A stretch of DNA of 64,000 nt from Candidatus Levyibacteriota bacterium (lineage in GTDB: Bacteria > Patescibacteriota > Microgenomatia > Levybacterales > GWA1-39-11), in NCBI GenBank assembly GCA_018062815.1, contig JAGORM010000002.1:92325-156324 (forward strand), given 5' to 3'. The translations under genes and the position numbers were made by a program. Shown here in pieces: positions 46,123 through 55,072 of the stretch. Under the pieces are notes generated by a model that worked only from the letters and a program-made list of their open reading frames with translations, was not told the DNA's origin and searched no databases. Positions within the stretch are counted from its first letter, which is position 1; every line of letters begins with the position of its first letter.

Positions 46123-46734
46123 ATGTATAATAACAATATGTATTTGTGTCCAATGCATCATAGTGTAACCTCAAAGAGATCAGGTAAGTGTCCTATATGC
46201 GGAATGGAGCTTGAGCAAAAGATTGGTGGGAAAATAATATTACACGAGGAAGCAATAACACATTCTAGCTACAATCCGTTAATTATTATAATAGGAATCA
46301 TATTTATTTCTTCACTTTTTACTACTTACCCCAATTTTGAAATTGCATTAATTATTCAAAACTTTATGATTGGATTTTTTATTGTATTCGCAGCGTTCAA
46401 GTTAATTGATCTCAAGGGTTTTTCTGAAGGTTATAGGACATATGATCTTCTTGCGGAAAGATTTAGTTTCTATGGTTATATATATCCCTTTATTGAGTTG
46501 GCGTTTGGACTAATAATGATTTTAGGCTTTTTTCAACAAGAAGTGCTAGTAATTGAGATGATTATTATGACGTTTTCTGGATTAGGTGTAATCCTAAAAC
46601 TAATGAAGCATGAAAAATTTAAATGTGTGTGTCTTGGTACTTTTTTAAAAGTACCGTTGACAAAAGTGTCTCTTGTTGAAAATTTTGGTATGGCATTTCT
46701 TGGACTTGTGTCATATTTACTGTTCTACCTGTAA
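46123..46734 (+). CDS. heavy-metal-binding (CPMH...CPICGM) domain fused to a MauE/DoxX-like membrane domain
   Basis: YLCPMHHSVTSKRSGKCPICGMEL matches the HMBD seen in CusB/CopA N-termini. TM helices follow, with a KCVCLGTF Cys-x-Cys motif like MauE. Confidence 0.5.
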   Translation: MYNNNMYLCPMHHSVTSKRSGKCPICGMELEQKIGGKIILHEEAITHSSYNPLIIIIGIIFISSLFTTYPNFEIALIIQNFMIGFFIVFAAFKLIDLKGFSEGYRTYDLLAERFSFYGYIYPFIELAFGLIMILGFFQQEVLVIEMIIMTFSGLGVILKLMKHEKFKCVCLGTFLKVPLTKVSLVENFGMAFLGLVSYLLFYL

Positions 46735-46824
46735 TTACATATTTCTTACATTCTTTTTATTCCCCTCTTACCCGTTATCTATAAACTTTAAAAATCTAAA
46801 AGTAAAAGGAGGTGATGTTGGTTT

Positions 46825-47145
46825 ATGATAAAAGAAAGAAAAAGAAAGAGTAACGGAACAAATTCAGTAGCTGCGGCAGGAATAGGCGCAGTAATTGGTG
46901 CAAGTGTCGCGATTGCAGCATCCGAAGCACTCAAAAATCCTAAAACAAAAGAAAAAGTAATTCATACTCTTGAGATTGTTAAGAATCAGGCAATAGATAA
47001 GATACCGCAAGCGGTATATGAAGGAAAAAAGAATGCAGAGTTAAAGAAATTAGGAAAAAACATAACAAAGAAAGTAAATAAAAGGGCAGATAGGATAAAA
47101 GGCGCAGTAAAAAATAATACTAAAGTTCCTACTGCAATTAATTAA
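46825..47145 (+). CDS. hypothetical small protein (YtxH-like?)
   Basis: An SD aaaggaggtga lies upstream. There is an N-terminal hydrophobic segment followed by a Lys-rich tail. Confidence 0.3.
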   Translation: MIKERKRKSNGTNSVAAAGIGAVIGASVAIAASEALKNPKTKEKVIHTLEIVKNQAIDKIPQAVYEGKKNAELKKLGKNITKKVNKRADRIKGAVKNNTKVPTAIN

Positions 47146-47585
47146 GATTCATTTTCAGCTAAATTAAATTCTTTAAATCTGTCTTTGGGTACAAAGCGAA
47201 TTGAAAGAGAGTTGACGCAGTGTCTAGTGTTCTGGGGAGTAAGATTTTCGCCTATAAAAACATGTCCTAAGTGTGCGTTACAAGTAGCACATTGAATTTC
47301 TGTACGTATATTATCAGGGTCAGGTGTTCGTTTTACGGCTCCTGGATAATTTTCATCAAATGATGGCCAGCCACAGCCTGCGTCAAATTTGGATTTAGAA
47401 GAAAATAGCGGAGAATTGCATTGGCGGCAAATAAACAATCCGTCTTTATAGAAATTGTCATACTCCCCACTGAAAGGCGGCTCTGTGCCTTTATCAAGCA
47501 TTATGTGTTTTTCGTTGGGGGTAAGCGTGTTAAGCGTCATGCAGTATAAGTATACCAGAGATATTTTAATGTATTGAAGGAACAA
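47142..47585 (-). CDS. msrB: peptide methionine sulfoxide reductase MsrB
   Basis: CRQCNSPLF...GCGWPSF...IRTEIQCATCNAHLGHVF. Confidence 0.85.
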   Translation of the reverse strand: MFLQYIKISLVYLYCMTLNTLTPNEKHIMLDKGTEPPFSGEYDNFYKDGLFICRQCNSPLFSSKSKFDAGCGWPSFDENYPGAVKRTPDPDNIRTEIQCATCNAHLGHVFIGENLTPQNTRHCVNSLSIRFVPKDRFKEFNLAENES

Positions 47586-48294
47586 AAACTGTTTTATAAA
47601 ATTCTTTAAATTGCTGATTTTTTATAGGAAGTCGTTGTATCATTTCATCAGGGATACCGTTATTTGGTATATCTGAGGGTAAAATAAACATAAGCTTTAG
47701 ATCATTTGCAGGCTTTAATATAAGGTCTTTTTCGTGGAATTTTACACTTAAAAAATTATTGGCTCGTTTAAAGGGTTCTTCATTTTCCGCAATAAGTTTT
47801 GTGTTTACCTCTGATATATGGGAATCTGCATTCATAGATAGAGCTATTTTTTCTGGTCCAATTTTTAGTCCATATTGGTACAATTTTTTTACTTGTGTTA
47901 TTTTTTTATCATCTGAATGCTCAATAAGCATACCGTTTGGATGCCATGTTTTTCTCATTCCTCTTTTAGGGTTTTTAGATTTTGCCTCAGGATGAAGTGC
48001 TAGGAAGAATCTTGCAGTAGCTTGAGGAGACAGTATAGTTCTTAAATTTTGATTTTGTGTAATATGCAAATAATTATACGCAAATATTTCAAAGACTTTT
48101 CCGAGTGCATATGCAGTTGTACCTTGTTCTTTGTTGGTTCCCAGAGAAGATTTAACGCTTTGTCTTGCGTTATCTAGCGAACTGTCATGCAGAGCTCTGC
48201 GGAGTGCGTGGATAACATGAAGATTCAGCCCGGCTATAGCTTCATTTTGAGCTTCTGGTCTCTTTAGGTTTTCAATAAAAGTCATAAGGGGCAA
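47566..48294 (-). CDS. hypothetical protein (overlaps the msrB start by 20 bp)
   Basis: ORF only. Confidence 0.35.
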   Translation of the reverse strand: MPLMTFIENLKRPEAQNEAIAGLNLHVIHALRRALHDSSLDNARQSVKSSLGTNKEQGTTAYALGKVFEIFAYNYLHITQNQNLRTILSPQATARFFLALHPEAKSKNPKRGMRKTWHPNGMLIEHSDDKKITQVKKLYQYGLKIGPEKIALSMNADSHISEVNTKLIAENEEPFKRANNFLSVKFHEKDLILKPANDLKLMFILPSDIPNNGIPDEMIQRLPIKNQQFKEFYKTVFVPSIH

Positions 48295-48336
48295 ATTATA
48301 CCAAAAATAAGCAGAAATAAAAACATTTGTGGTCTC

Positions 48337-48996
48337 TTACAACCTGGCAAGATACATATATCCTTTGTTTTTGGTAGAGTAGACTATATCTACGTCTATT
48401 TTCTGTCGTAACCTCCTTATTATTCCATTAAGTTTATTTATATCTCCTGTGTTAGTTAGTGAAATTAGTTCTTGATTTGGTATGGCTCTATTAGTGTTTT
48501 GAGTTAAAGCAAAGAGTATTTCAAATTCATTTTTGGTAACTGGAATATTTTGTCCATTGTTTTCGACCCTTAGTCTTTCAATATCTATTTTAAGCCCCTG
48601 TGTATTTTCCACGGGCTTATGCACTTCCGGGCTAATCATTCTATTCTGTATAGCTTGCATATGAGCAGATAACACTTCAGGTGATTCAGAAGTAATGTGC
48701 ACGTGATCCGCACCTTTATTTAGATATTCAGTAGTTTTTCTGTAGGAAAGTTGAGAAGGTGACATTGCGACAATCGTTCCGCGTGGAAATACATTTTTTA
48801 AATCTTTTAGACTAGACTCTGCGACAAGAAAGATATCATTTTTTTGGCGTAAGCTCATAGCCTCGCTAGCGTTTTGGATATAAGTTACTTTATGACCCAA
48901 TGATCGTAAATCTTGGGTAAACAACAGTTCATCCTCCATTTTTGCATCAAGTGCTACCACGGAGGCTTTATGTGATCGTAATATTTCTTGTTGCAT
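48337..48996 (-). CDS. OmpR/PhoB-type winged-helix regulator with a degenerate receiver domain
   Basis: C-term TKNEFEILFALTQN...LNGIIRRLRQKI...STKNKGYM matches the OmpR wHTH. The N-terminal domain lacks the clear DD...D...K receiver residues. Confidence 0.5.
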   Translation of the reverse strand: MQQEILRSHKASVVALDAKMEDELLFTQDLRSLGHKVTYIQNASEAMSLRQKNDIFLVAESSLKDLKNVFPRGTIVAMSPSQLSYRKTTEYLNKGADHVHITSESPEVLSAHMQAIQNRMISPEVHKPVENTQGLKIDIERLRVENNGQNIPVTKNEFEILFALTQNTNRAIPNQELISLTNTGDINKLNGIIRRLRQKIDVDIVYSTKNKGYMYLARL

Positions 48997-49100
48997 AAGT
49001 ATATTTTGGTATTATACACCTGTAAAAACGGTTTTCAAATATTCTTATTGTTTTAAGTTCTTGCTTTACAAATTAAGATTCAGGGGCTATTATTAAAAAA

Positions 49101-49442
49101 ATGCCATCAAAAGAAAGAGATAATAGTTCTGAATATAATTTAACAAACAGAGAGAGGGTTCAGCAAGCGCAAAGGAGACAGATTCAGGATAAAAAAGTTG
49201 ATAACTTGTCCACTGAAACTTCCGTAAGTAAAAAAAATAGATTTGCGTTCCAAAAAGACGCAAGAATTGAAGGAATGAAGACATTGTCTGAAGTAACGCA
49301 ATTTATTAGGGAGGAAAATACGGGTATTTCCATTTCAGACAGAACGTTTTATGATAAATTGCAGTCAATGAGCTCAAATGGGTCCTTGCCTCAATCCGAT
49401 GGCACGACTAGTGCTTTACGAAAAATTCTTCGCAGAAGGTAG
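49101..49442 (+). CDS. hypothetical protein
   Basis: ORF only. Confidence 0.3.
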   Translation: MPSKERDNSSEYNLTNRERVQQAQRRQIQDKKVDNLSTETSVSKKNRFAFQKDARIEGMKTLSEVTQFIREENTGISISDRTFYDKLQSMSSNGSLPQSDGTTSALRKILRRR

Positions 49443-49469
49443 TATTGTGACTTATTTCCTTGACATCGT

Positions 49470-50102
49470 ATGGTTTCGTGTTACTATTACTTTGTGAGTG
49501 TAAAACTTTGGTTAATTATAGGCGCAGCAGTAGTAATATTTGCCGGTCTTTTTGGATTCATGTATCTGCAAAGCATGACAAATAGAGCAGCAACAAACAC
49601 TATGATGAAAAAATCTTCGTCTACCGAATCATCCGCATTTTCATCACTATCAGACATATTTACAAATAAATCCTTAAGTTTAACTTGTGACTTTATAGAT
49701 AAGGAAGGTAAAAAAACAAAAATTTATATTAAAAGTGGAAAAGTAAGGGCAGAAATTACGGGTAATGAAGTTGAAGATTCGGGGAATGTAATAGTAAAAG
49801 AAGACACAATGTATTTCTGGAATGGAACGCAAGGTATGATGATGAAATATGATACTGAAAAAATGAAAGGTGATAACGCTCAGAATTTGAATGCTGTTCA
49901 GGGGCAAGCAGTTCTTCAGGGGATAGAGCAATATAGGCAGTCATGTTCTCCTGCAGTAGTTTCTGATTCTCTATTTACTCCACCTGTAAATATCAAATTT
50001 CAGGACTTGTCAGAAATGATGAAAATAATGCCAAGCGGTGCAACTGTACCAAGCATTAACCCTTCACAATATCAAGACTTGATGGAGCAATATCAGCAGT
50101 AA
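49470..50102 (+). CDS. hypothetical membrane-anchored secreted protein (paralog of 51214..51747)
   Basis: N-terminal TM. KKTKIYIKSGKVRAEI...TMYFWNG...IEQYRQSCSPAVVSDSLFTPP aligns with the paralog's TKTKTYIKNGKIYIQV...HVYIWDS...IEKYRDSCVEADVSDAIFIVP. Confidence 0.4.
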   Translation: MVSCYYYFVSVKLWLIIGAAVVIFAGLFGFMYLQSMTNRAATNTMMKKSSSTESSAFSSLSDIFTNKSLSLTCDFIDKEGKKTKIYIKSGKVRAEITGNEVEDSGNVIVKEDTMYFWNGTQGMMMKYDTEKMKGDNAQNLNAVQGQAVLQGIEQYRQSCSPAVVSDSLFTPPVNIKFQDLSEMMKIMPSGATVPSINPSQYQDLMEQYQQ

Positions 50103-50112
50103 TTTCAGGGTT

Positions 50113-51156
50113 TTAGCTCATAATCCCAGTAATCATTGCTACTACTTTATTTTCCTCATTGTCTAATCCGTCTATTTTTTTTAGTTTCTTAGCGTTTGCC
50201 ATTTTTTCCCAGTTTGAGAGTATAGAGCCTTTTATGTAAGCATCTATAACATGAGGATGAATGTAGTATTTTCTGCAGGTATTAGGTTTATTTCGCAAGT
50301 GACTTGCTACTTTTTTTACAATTTCAACAATATTTTTTTTTGAATCTTCCTCTTGAGCTGGAATTCCTGCTTTGTCAAATGCCGTGGCTGCAAGAACAGT
50401 TCCTCCCCAGGTTCTAAAGTCTTTTGCTGTAATTTCTGCACCTGTTATCTCCTGAAGATATGTATTTACATCTTGGGAGGAAATAGATTGAATAATTCCT
50501 TCTTCATCTTTGTATTCAAATAGATCTTGACCGGGAAGCTCTTTGCATCTTCTTACAATTTTTGCTACTTTTTTATTTTTGATACTTACATTGTGGTATA
50601 CGCCTGACTTTCCCTTGAACTGAAAAACAATATTTGATTTATAGGAAACACTTGCGTGTTTATTCTTGAGCGTAGTAAGTCCATAGGATTTATTCTCGCG
50701 CTCGTATTCCTCGTTACCAATTCTGATTAGTGTGTTTTCAAGAAGCCAGACCACAGCAGATATTACTTTTCTTCTCTGAATTCCCATAAGTGTTAGATCC
50801 TGCTTGACGGTAGCTCTTATTTTGGGAAGATGCTGTGCAAACTCCAAGAGATGTGAAAATTTTTCTTGCTGTGAAATTTGATTCCAAAGCGGGTTGTACC
50901 TATATTGTTTTCTTCCCCGAGCGTCATATCCTGTTGCTTGAAGATGTCCGTTTGCATGAGAGCATATCCAAACATTTTTGTATGCGGGGGGTATTGCAAG
51001 TTTTTGTATTCGATCAACTACTTTTTTATCTGTAATTTTTTTTCCTTCGGTATCAAAATACTCAAACGTGTTTCTGACTCTTTTTCTTGTGTATCCAGGT
51101 TTTTTGTCCGTAGAGTATCTTAGGTTTGTATTCTTTAGGAAATCGTTATCAGTCAT
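50113..51156 (-). CDS. type IB DNA topoisomerase (poxvirus/bacterial TopIB type)
   Basis: N-term LRYSTDKKPGYTRKRVRN...IPPAYKNVWIC...GYDARGRKQYRYNP. The C-terminal RKYYIHP region is the candidate active-site Tyr. Confidence 0.7.
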   Translation of the reverse strand: MTDNDFLKNTNLRYSTDKKPGYTRKRVRNTFEYFDTEGKKITDKKVVDRIQKLAIPPAYKNVWICSHANGHLQATGYDARGRKQYRYNPLWNQISQQEKFSHLLEFAQHLPKIRATVKQDLTLMGIQRRKVISAVVWLLENTLIRIGNEEYERENKSYGLTTLKNKHASVSYKSNIVFQFKGKSGVYHNVSIKNKKVAKIVRRCKELPGQDLFEYKDEEGIIQSISSQDVNTYLQEITGAEITAKDFRTWGGTVLAATAFDKAGIPAQEEDSKKNIVEIVKKVASHLRNKPNTCRKYYIHPHVIDAYIKGSILSNWEKMANAKKLKKIDGLDNEENKVVAMITGIMS

Positions 51157-51213
51157 TCACCTATTATAGAGTATTACTTGAATGATGAATAGGCTTTTTT
51201 GTAATATTAATGA

Positions 51214-51747
51214 GTGCGAATAAAAATAGGAATTTTTCTACTAATTATCTTTATAGTTTTAATGTTTCTTGGGGGATATGTAGTTATTCAGAATGCAAGA
51301 AAGATGTTTACTCCGGAAAAAAGTTCTTCTCAGGCAGCTCTTTTCACTTCATTAGAAGATATTCTTACAAAAAAAATGAGTATAAGATGTGAGTATACTG
51401 ATGAAGCCGGAACAAAAACAAAAACTTACATAAAAAACGGGAAAATATATATCCAGGTTATTTCAGTAGATCCCTTTGAAAACCTAACGGTTATATACGA
51501 AAATAATCATGTCTACATTTGGGATAGCAAGAACGCAACAAAAATTTTACTGCCTGATAATCTGATAAAAACAGCAAGTATAGGCATGCAACAGCAAATT
51601 TCCCAGGGTATTGAAAAATATAGAGATAGTTGTGTTGAGGCAGACGTTTCAGATGCCATTTTTATAGTTCCTAAAGACATAGAATTTATTGATGCGTCGG
51701 ACTCAAAGAGCGGGGGAAATGCTCTGTTAAAACTTATAAACAGATAA
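51214..51747 (+). CDS. hypothetical membrane-anchored secreted protein (paralog of 49470..50102)
   Basis: See 49470..50102. Confidence 0.4.
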   Translation: MRIKIGIFLLIIFIVLMFLGGYVVIQNARKMFTPEKSSSQAALFTSLEDILTKKMSIRCEYTDEAGTKTKTYIKNGKIYIQVISVDPFENLTVIYENNHVYIWDSKNATKILLPDNLIKTASIGMQQQISQGIEKYRDSCVEADVSDAIFIVPKDIEFIDASDSKSGGNALLKLINR

Positions 51748-51803
51748 TAGAAGGGTGTGGGGAGGTATAATTCTTATTTGAAACAGTTATTTTTGTACTA
51801 TGG

Positions 51804-52295
51804 TTATGCTTTCTCGTACTCGCCCATTTTAAGCCATTCAATGTAGGCGCACCCCGTTGCCATACGTTTTTCCTTGTCCCATCCTGCAGTTTGGCATTTT
51901 TTCATTTTTTTACCTGTTGCTGTGGTATAAAGTACTAATTTTTTTCCGCACATGGGGCAATCCTCATCTAATTCTTCGCTTGATCCGTTTATCCACTCAA
52001 CAAAATCGCACCCTGTTGCTTTTTTTGATTCCTTATCCCAAATGTTTGTACTGCATTTTTTCATTTTCTTCCCGCTTTTAGTTGTAGCCATTACAAGTGG
52101 ACTTCCGCATTTAGGACATGGCTCTGATAAGGCTTCAGGTTCTATTTCTAGCCACTTAACATAATCGCATCCAATATTTTTTCTCTCATCCTTGTCCCAT
52201 GATCCAGAAGAGCATCTTTGAAGTTTTTTACCCGTTGTCGTAATGGATATTGGGGATAATTCTGATCCGCATTTAGGACATGTTTTTTCAGACAT
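51804..52295 (-). CDS. protein made of three tandem topoisomerase-type C4 zinc-ribbon repeats
   Basis: Three repeats follow the pattern CP(K/M)CG...L......(T/S)G(K)K(M/L)(K/Q)(R/K)C(S/Q)...WDK(E/D)......GC(D/A)(Y/F)(V/I)(K/E)W. Confidence 0.55.
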   Translation of the reverse strand: MSEKTCPKCGSELSPISITTTGKKLQRCSSGSWDKDERKNIGCDYVKWLEIEPEALSEPCPKCGSPLVMATTKSGKKMKKCSTNIWDKESKKATGCDFVEWINGSSEELDEDCPMCGKKLVLYTTATGKKMKKCQTAGWDKEKRMATGCAYIEWLKMGEYEKA

Positions 52296-52353
52296 AGTAT
52301 CTAATACTATGTGAGATGCTTTTACATGTCAATACTTGACATTGATATATTAA

Positions 52354-52566
52354 GTGTTTCATAGTGATAATATGCCAAAGAAAAAAGCCAAAACATATTC
52401 AAAGGAGAACTTATGGGAGAAGTATAAAATATTTATTATCCCGTCACTAATAGGTGGGGTAGTAGCATGGTTCTTTTCAGCAAGTTTTGAGTTAGGTGTT
52501 GTTGTTTTTATAGCGGTTTGGATAGGAAATTGGATAGGATTGCAAACACGGTCGAAAAATAAATAG
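52354..52566 (+). CDS. hypothetical small membrane protein
   Basis: ORF with 2 hydrophobic helices. Confidence 0.25.
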   Translation: MFHSDNMPKKKAKTYSKENLWEKYKIFIIPSLIGGVVAWFFSASFELGVVVFIAVWIGNWIGLQTRSKNK

Positions 52567-52669
52567 TATTTATAATTCTTTAAAATACTCTCGGGTGGTT
52601 TTATATGGGTCTTTGTTGTCTTCCAAAAATTAAATAAAAATATTCCGTGTGAATAAGTGAATAGCCAGT

Positions 52670-52909
52670 ATGACAAAAGATCATTCTAAAAGTTTCAAGG
52701 TACTATCAGTAGTTCTCATATTTTCAGTTATTGTTCTTTTTCTTTTTATACCGGTTGCAACTTTTGGGACAACGTTTGAGAACACGACAGATCAGACGGT
52801 AGACGTAGTTGATCATGCAGATGGGAAAAATAATTTTACTCCAGGAAAGATAAAGGGCCAGAATATATTGCAAAAAATACACACTTCATTTAACGGAAAA
52901 GGTGTGTAG
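52670..52909 (+). CDS. hypothetical small secreted protein
   Basis: N-terminal signal-like segment. Confidence 0.25.
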   Translation: MTKDHSKSFKVLSVVLIFSVIVLFLFIPVATFGTTFENTTDQTVDVVDHADGKNNFTPGKIKGQNILQKIHTSFNGKGV

Positions 52910-52913
52910 TTGA

Positions 52914-53420
52914 TTGCTTATTCTAGATAAATTTGAAATACTAAATGTTATGAAGCTTGTAAGGTTTATTGTGGCATTGTCTATTTGTTTCATTATTGCA
53001 GGGCTTGGAAGTCTGGTGACATATCCCTCAATTCCCACATGGTATGCTAATTTAATAAAACCTTTTTTTACTCCCCCAAGTTTTGTATTCGGACCAGTCT
53101 GGACAATTCTATACATTATGATGGGAACAGCTTTATATATTGTTTGGGATAAAAAAACTAAAAAAAGAAAATTAAAAAAACTTGCGGTGAAGGTTTTTTT
53201 GTTGCAATTGGTGTTAAATTTTCTTTGGTCTTATGTGTTTTTTTATCTCAACATGCTTTGGATGTCAGTTTTAGTAATAGTATTTCTTTGGGTAAGTATT
53301 TTTATATGTATAAAATTATTTTCTAAAATTTCAAAAACAGCGAGCTATTTATTGTATCCTTATATTGTATGGGTTAGTTTTGCCACACTTTTAAATATCG
53401 CAATATCCGTGTTAAATTAA
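52914..53420 (+). CDS. tspO: TspO/MBR family tryptophan-rich sensory protein
   Basis: WYANLIKPFFTPPSFVFGPVWTILYIMMGTALYIVW...LLQLVLNFLWSYVFF. Confidence 0.75.
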   Translation: MLILDKFEILNVMKLVRFIVALSICFIIAGLGSLVTYPSIPTWYANLIKPFFTPPSFVFGPVWTILYIMMGTALYIVWDKKTKKRKLKKLAVKVFLLQLVLNFLWSYVFFYLNMLWMSVLVIVFLWVSIFICIKLFSKISKTASYLLYPYIVWVSFATLLNIAISVLN

Positions 53421-53452
53421 CTAATTACCCAATTCTTTGCTACAATGTATTT

Positions 53453-54103
53453 ATGACCTCAGAAGTAAGACAAAAACTAGATACATTCTTTTCTCAATAT
53501 AGGTCTCACTTAGTTAAAAAAGGTGAAATTATTATAAGAGCTCAAGAAGAGCCTTTGGGGATTTTCTATTTAAACTCTGGAGTAATTAAAGAATATCTAA
53601 TTTCAAAGAAAGGAGAAGAACTGGTAGTGAATGTTTTTAAACCGTATTCTTTTTTTCCTATGTCTTACGCATTAAATAATACAAGAAATAATTATTATTT
53701 TGAGGCAGTCAGTGACTGCGAGTTTAGAAGAGCGCCCAGAGAAGACGTTTTAACATTTGTTAAAGAAAACTCAGATATACTGTTTGATCTATTAGCACGC
53801 GTGTATTCTGGTACAGACGGCATGATGGTGCGAATGGCGTACCTAATGGGTGGGAGTGCATATGAACGCTTAGTTTCAGAGTTGGTAATTCAGTCAGAAC
53901 GATTCGGAGAAAAAGATTCGGTCGGGAGAATTGTGCTTTCTATTTCAGAGAAGGACTTGGCGGCGTTGACAGGCATGACCAGAGAGACCGTAAGTCGTGA
54001 GCTCAAGATACTAAAGGATAAAAATTTAGTAAGTTTTAACAGGAATTTTTTAGTAGTTGAAAGCATAGATAAGTTAAAAGAAGAAGTTATAAACGGGGTT
54101 TAA
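53453..54103 (+). CDS. Crp/Fnr-family transcriptional regulator
   Basis: A cNMP-binding-like N-terminal domain and the C-terminal HTH LTGMTRETVSRELKILKDKNLV. Confidence 0.75.
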   Translation: MTSEVRQKLDTFFSQYRSHLVKKGEIIIRAQEEPLGIFYLNSGVIKEYLISKKGEELVVNVFKPYSFFPMSYALNNTRNNYYFEAVSDCEFRRAPREDVLTFVKENSDILFDLLARVYSGTDGMMVRMAYLMGGSAYERLVSELVIQSERFGEKDSVGRIVLSISEKDLAALTGMTRETVSRELKILKDKNLVSFNRNFLVVESIDKLKEEVINGV

Positions 54104-54459
54104 ATTGAACTTCTTGTAATTACTTCTTCTGTGGGAATTATTCTTGCCTTTTTTCTTTCATTTTCAGGCATGCTATTGGGCAGCAGGTATCCTTGCCAAT
54201 GACCTTCTCCAATAAAAAGCTCTAAATGAGTTAAGTCGGTAAGATTTGGTTCTTTTTCTACTTCATAAATTCGGTAATTGCCCCTAGAAAGTACGCAGTT
54301 TATGTCCTGATTATTTGTCACTTGAGCAATCATTTCTCCGATATCCTCAGCCAATATTAATGCAAATGACTTAACCTCATCCATAGATATGATCTTTGTA
54401 TTGGTTTTTGTTTCAAAAAGAATGTAATGTCCGATTTTGATTAGCCTAATCACCCTCAC
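54100..54459 (-). CDS. hypothetical protein
   Basis: ORF only. Confidence 0.3.
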   Translation of the reverse strand: MRVIRLIKIGHYILFETKTNTKIISMDEVKSFALILAEDIGEMIAQVTNNQDINCVLSRGNYRIYEVEKEPNLTDLTHLELFIGEGHWQGYLLPNSMPENERKKARIIPTEEVITRSSI

Positions 54460-54487
54460 ATGTTAAATGTTTTAGGGTTTATTGTCG

Positions 54488-54501
54488 TTGATTTTAATCA
54501 A
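54488..54501. promoter_or_regulatory. Crp/Fnr-family binding-site candidate TTGAT-N4-ATCAA upstream of the cupin gene
   Basis: ttgattttaatcaa is a perfect palindrome about 145 bp upstream of the 54646 start, adjacent to the Crp/Fnr gene. Confidence 0.45.
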
Positions 54502-54645
54502 TGAAGTAGTGGCAGAAAAGTTCTATAGTATTTTTAAAATGAAGTTAATATTTAGATTTACTGTAGGTGAATTTATGGAATATTTTCATGATATAAAAAT
54601 TTTATGGAAATTTTACAAACATAGTATTGGTTAAGGAGGTGAAGC

Positions 54646-55011
54646 ATGTTTAAAATAGACATTCATGATATTACACAAAAAAACACTTTTTTTAGGAAGG
54701 TGCTGCATACAGGAGAAAAAGCTCAGCTTGTAGTAATGAATATCCAAAAGGGTGGTGAGGTAGGGCAAGAGGTGCATGTTGGCACAGATCAGATTCTGGT
54801 TTTAATTGAAGGTAAAGCTAAGGCTGTTATAAATGGTGAGGAGAAAGATTTTTCTCTGCACGAATTGTTATTTGTACCGGCAGGTGCAGCTCACAATATA
54901 ATAAACTTAGGTGATTCGGATTTAAAGCTATATACAATTTACGCACCGCCTGAGCATTTAGATGGAACCATACACAAAACACAAGAAGAAGCTCTACGTG
55001 AGCGTGATTAG
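54646..55011 (+). CDS. cupin-domain protein
   Basis: GGEVGQEVHVGTDQILVLIEGKAKAVINGEE...FVPAGAAHNIINLG shows cupin motifs. A strong SD aaggaggtgaagc lies upstream. Confidence 0.6.
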   Translation: MFKIDIHDITQKNTFFRKVLHTGEKAQLVVMNIQKGGEVGQEVHVGTDQILVLIEGKAKAVINGEEKDFSLHELLFVPAGAAHNIINLGDSDLKLYTIYAPPEHLDGTIHKTQEEALRERD

Positions 55012-55072
55012 TTAAGTAAAAAGCAAGACTTAAAATCCCTGATTCTTTTTGGTAGAATATAAAATAACTTAA

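Noticed and set aside
49470-51747. Possibility that the paralogous genes flanking TopIB are terminal repeats of a mobile element
   Set aside because: The paralogs are only about 30% identical at the protein level, with no detectable nucleotide-level repeat. This looks like old duplication rather than element boundaries.
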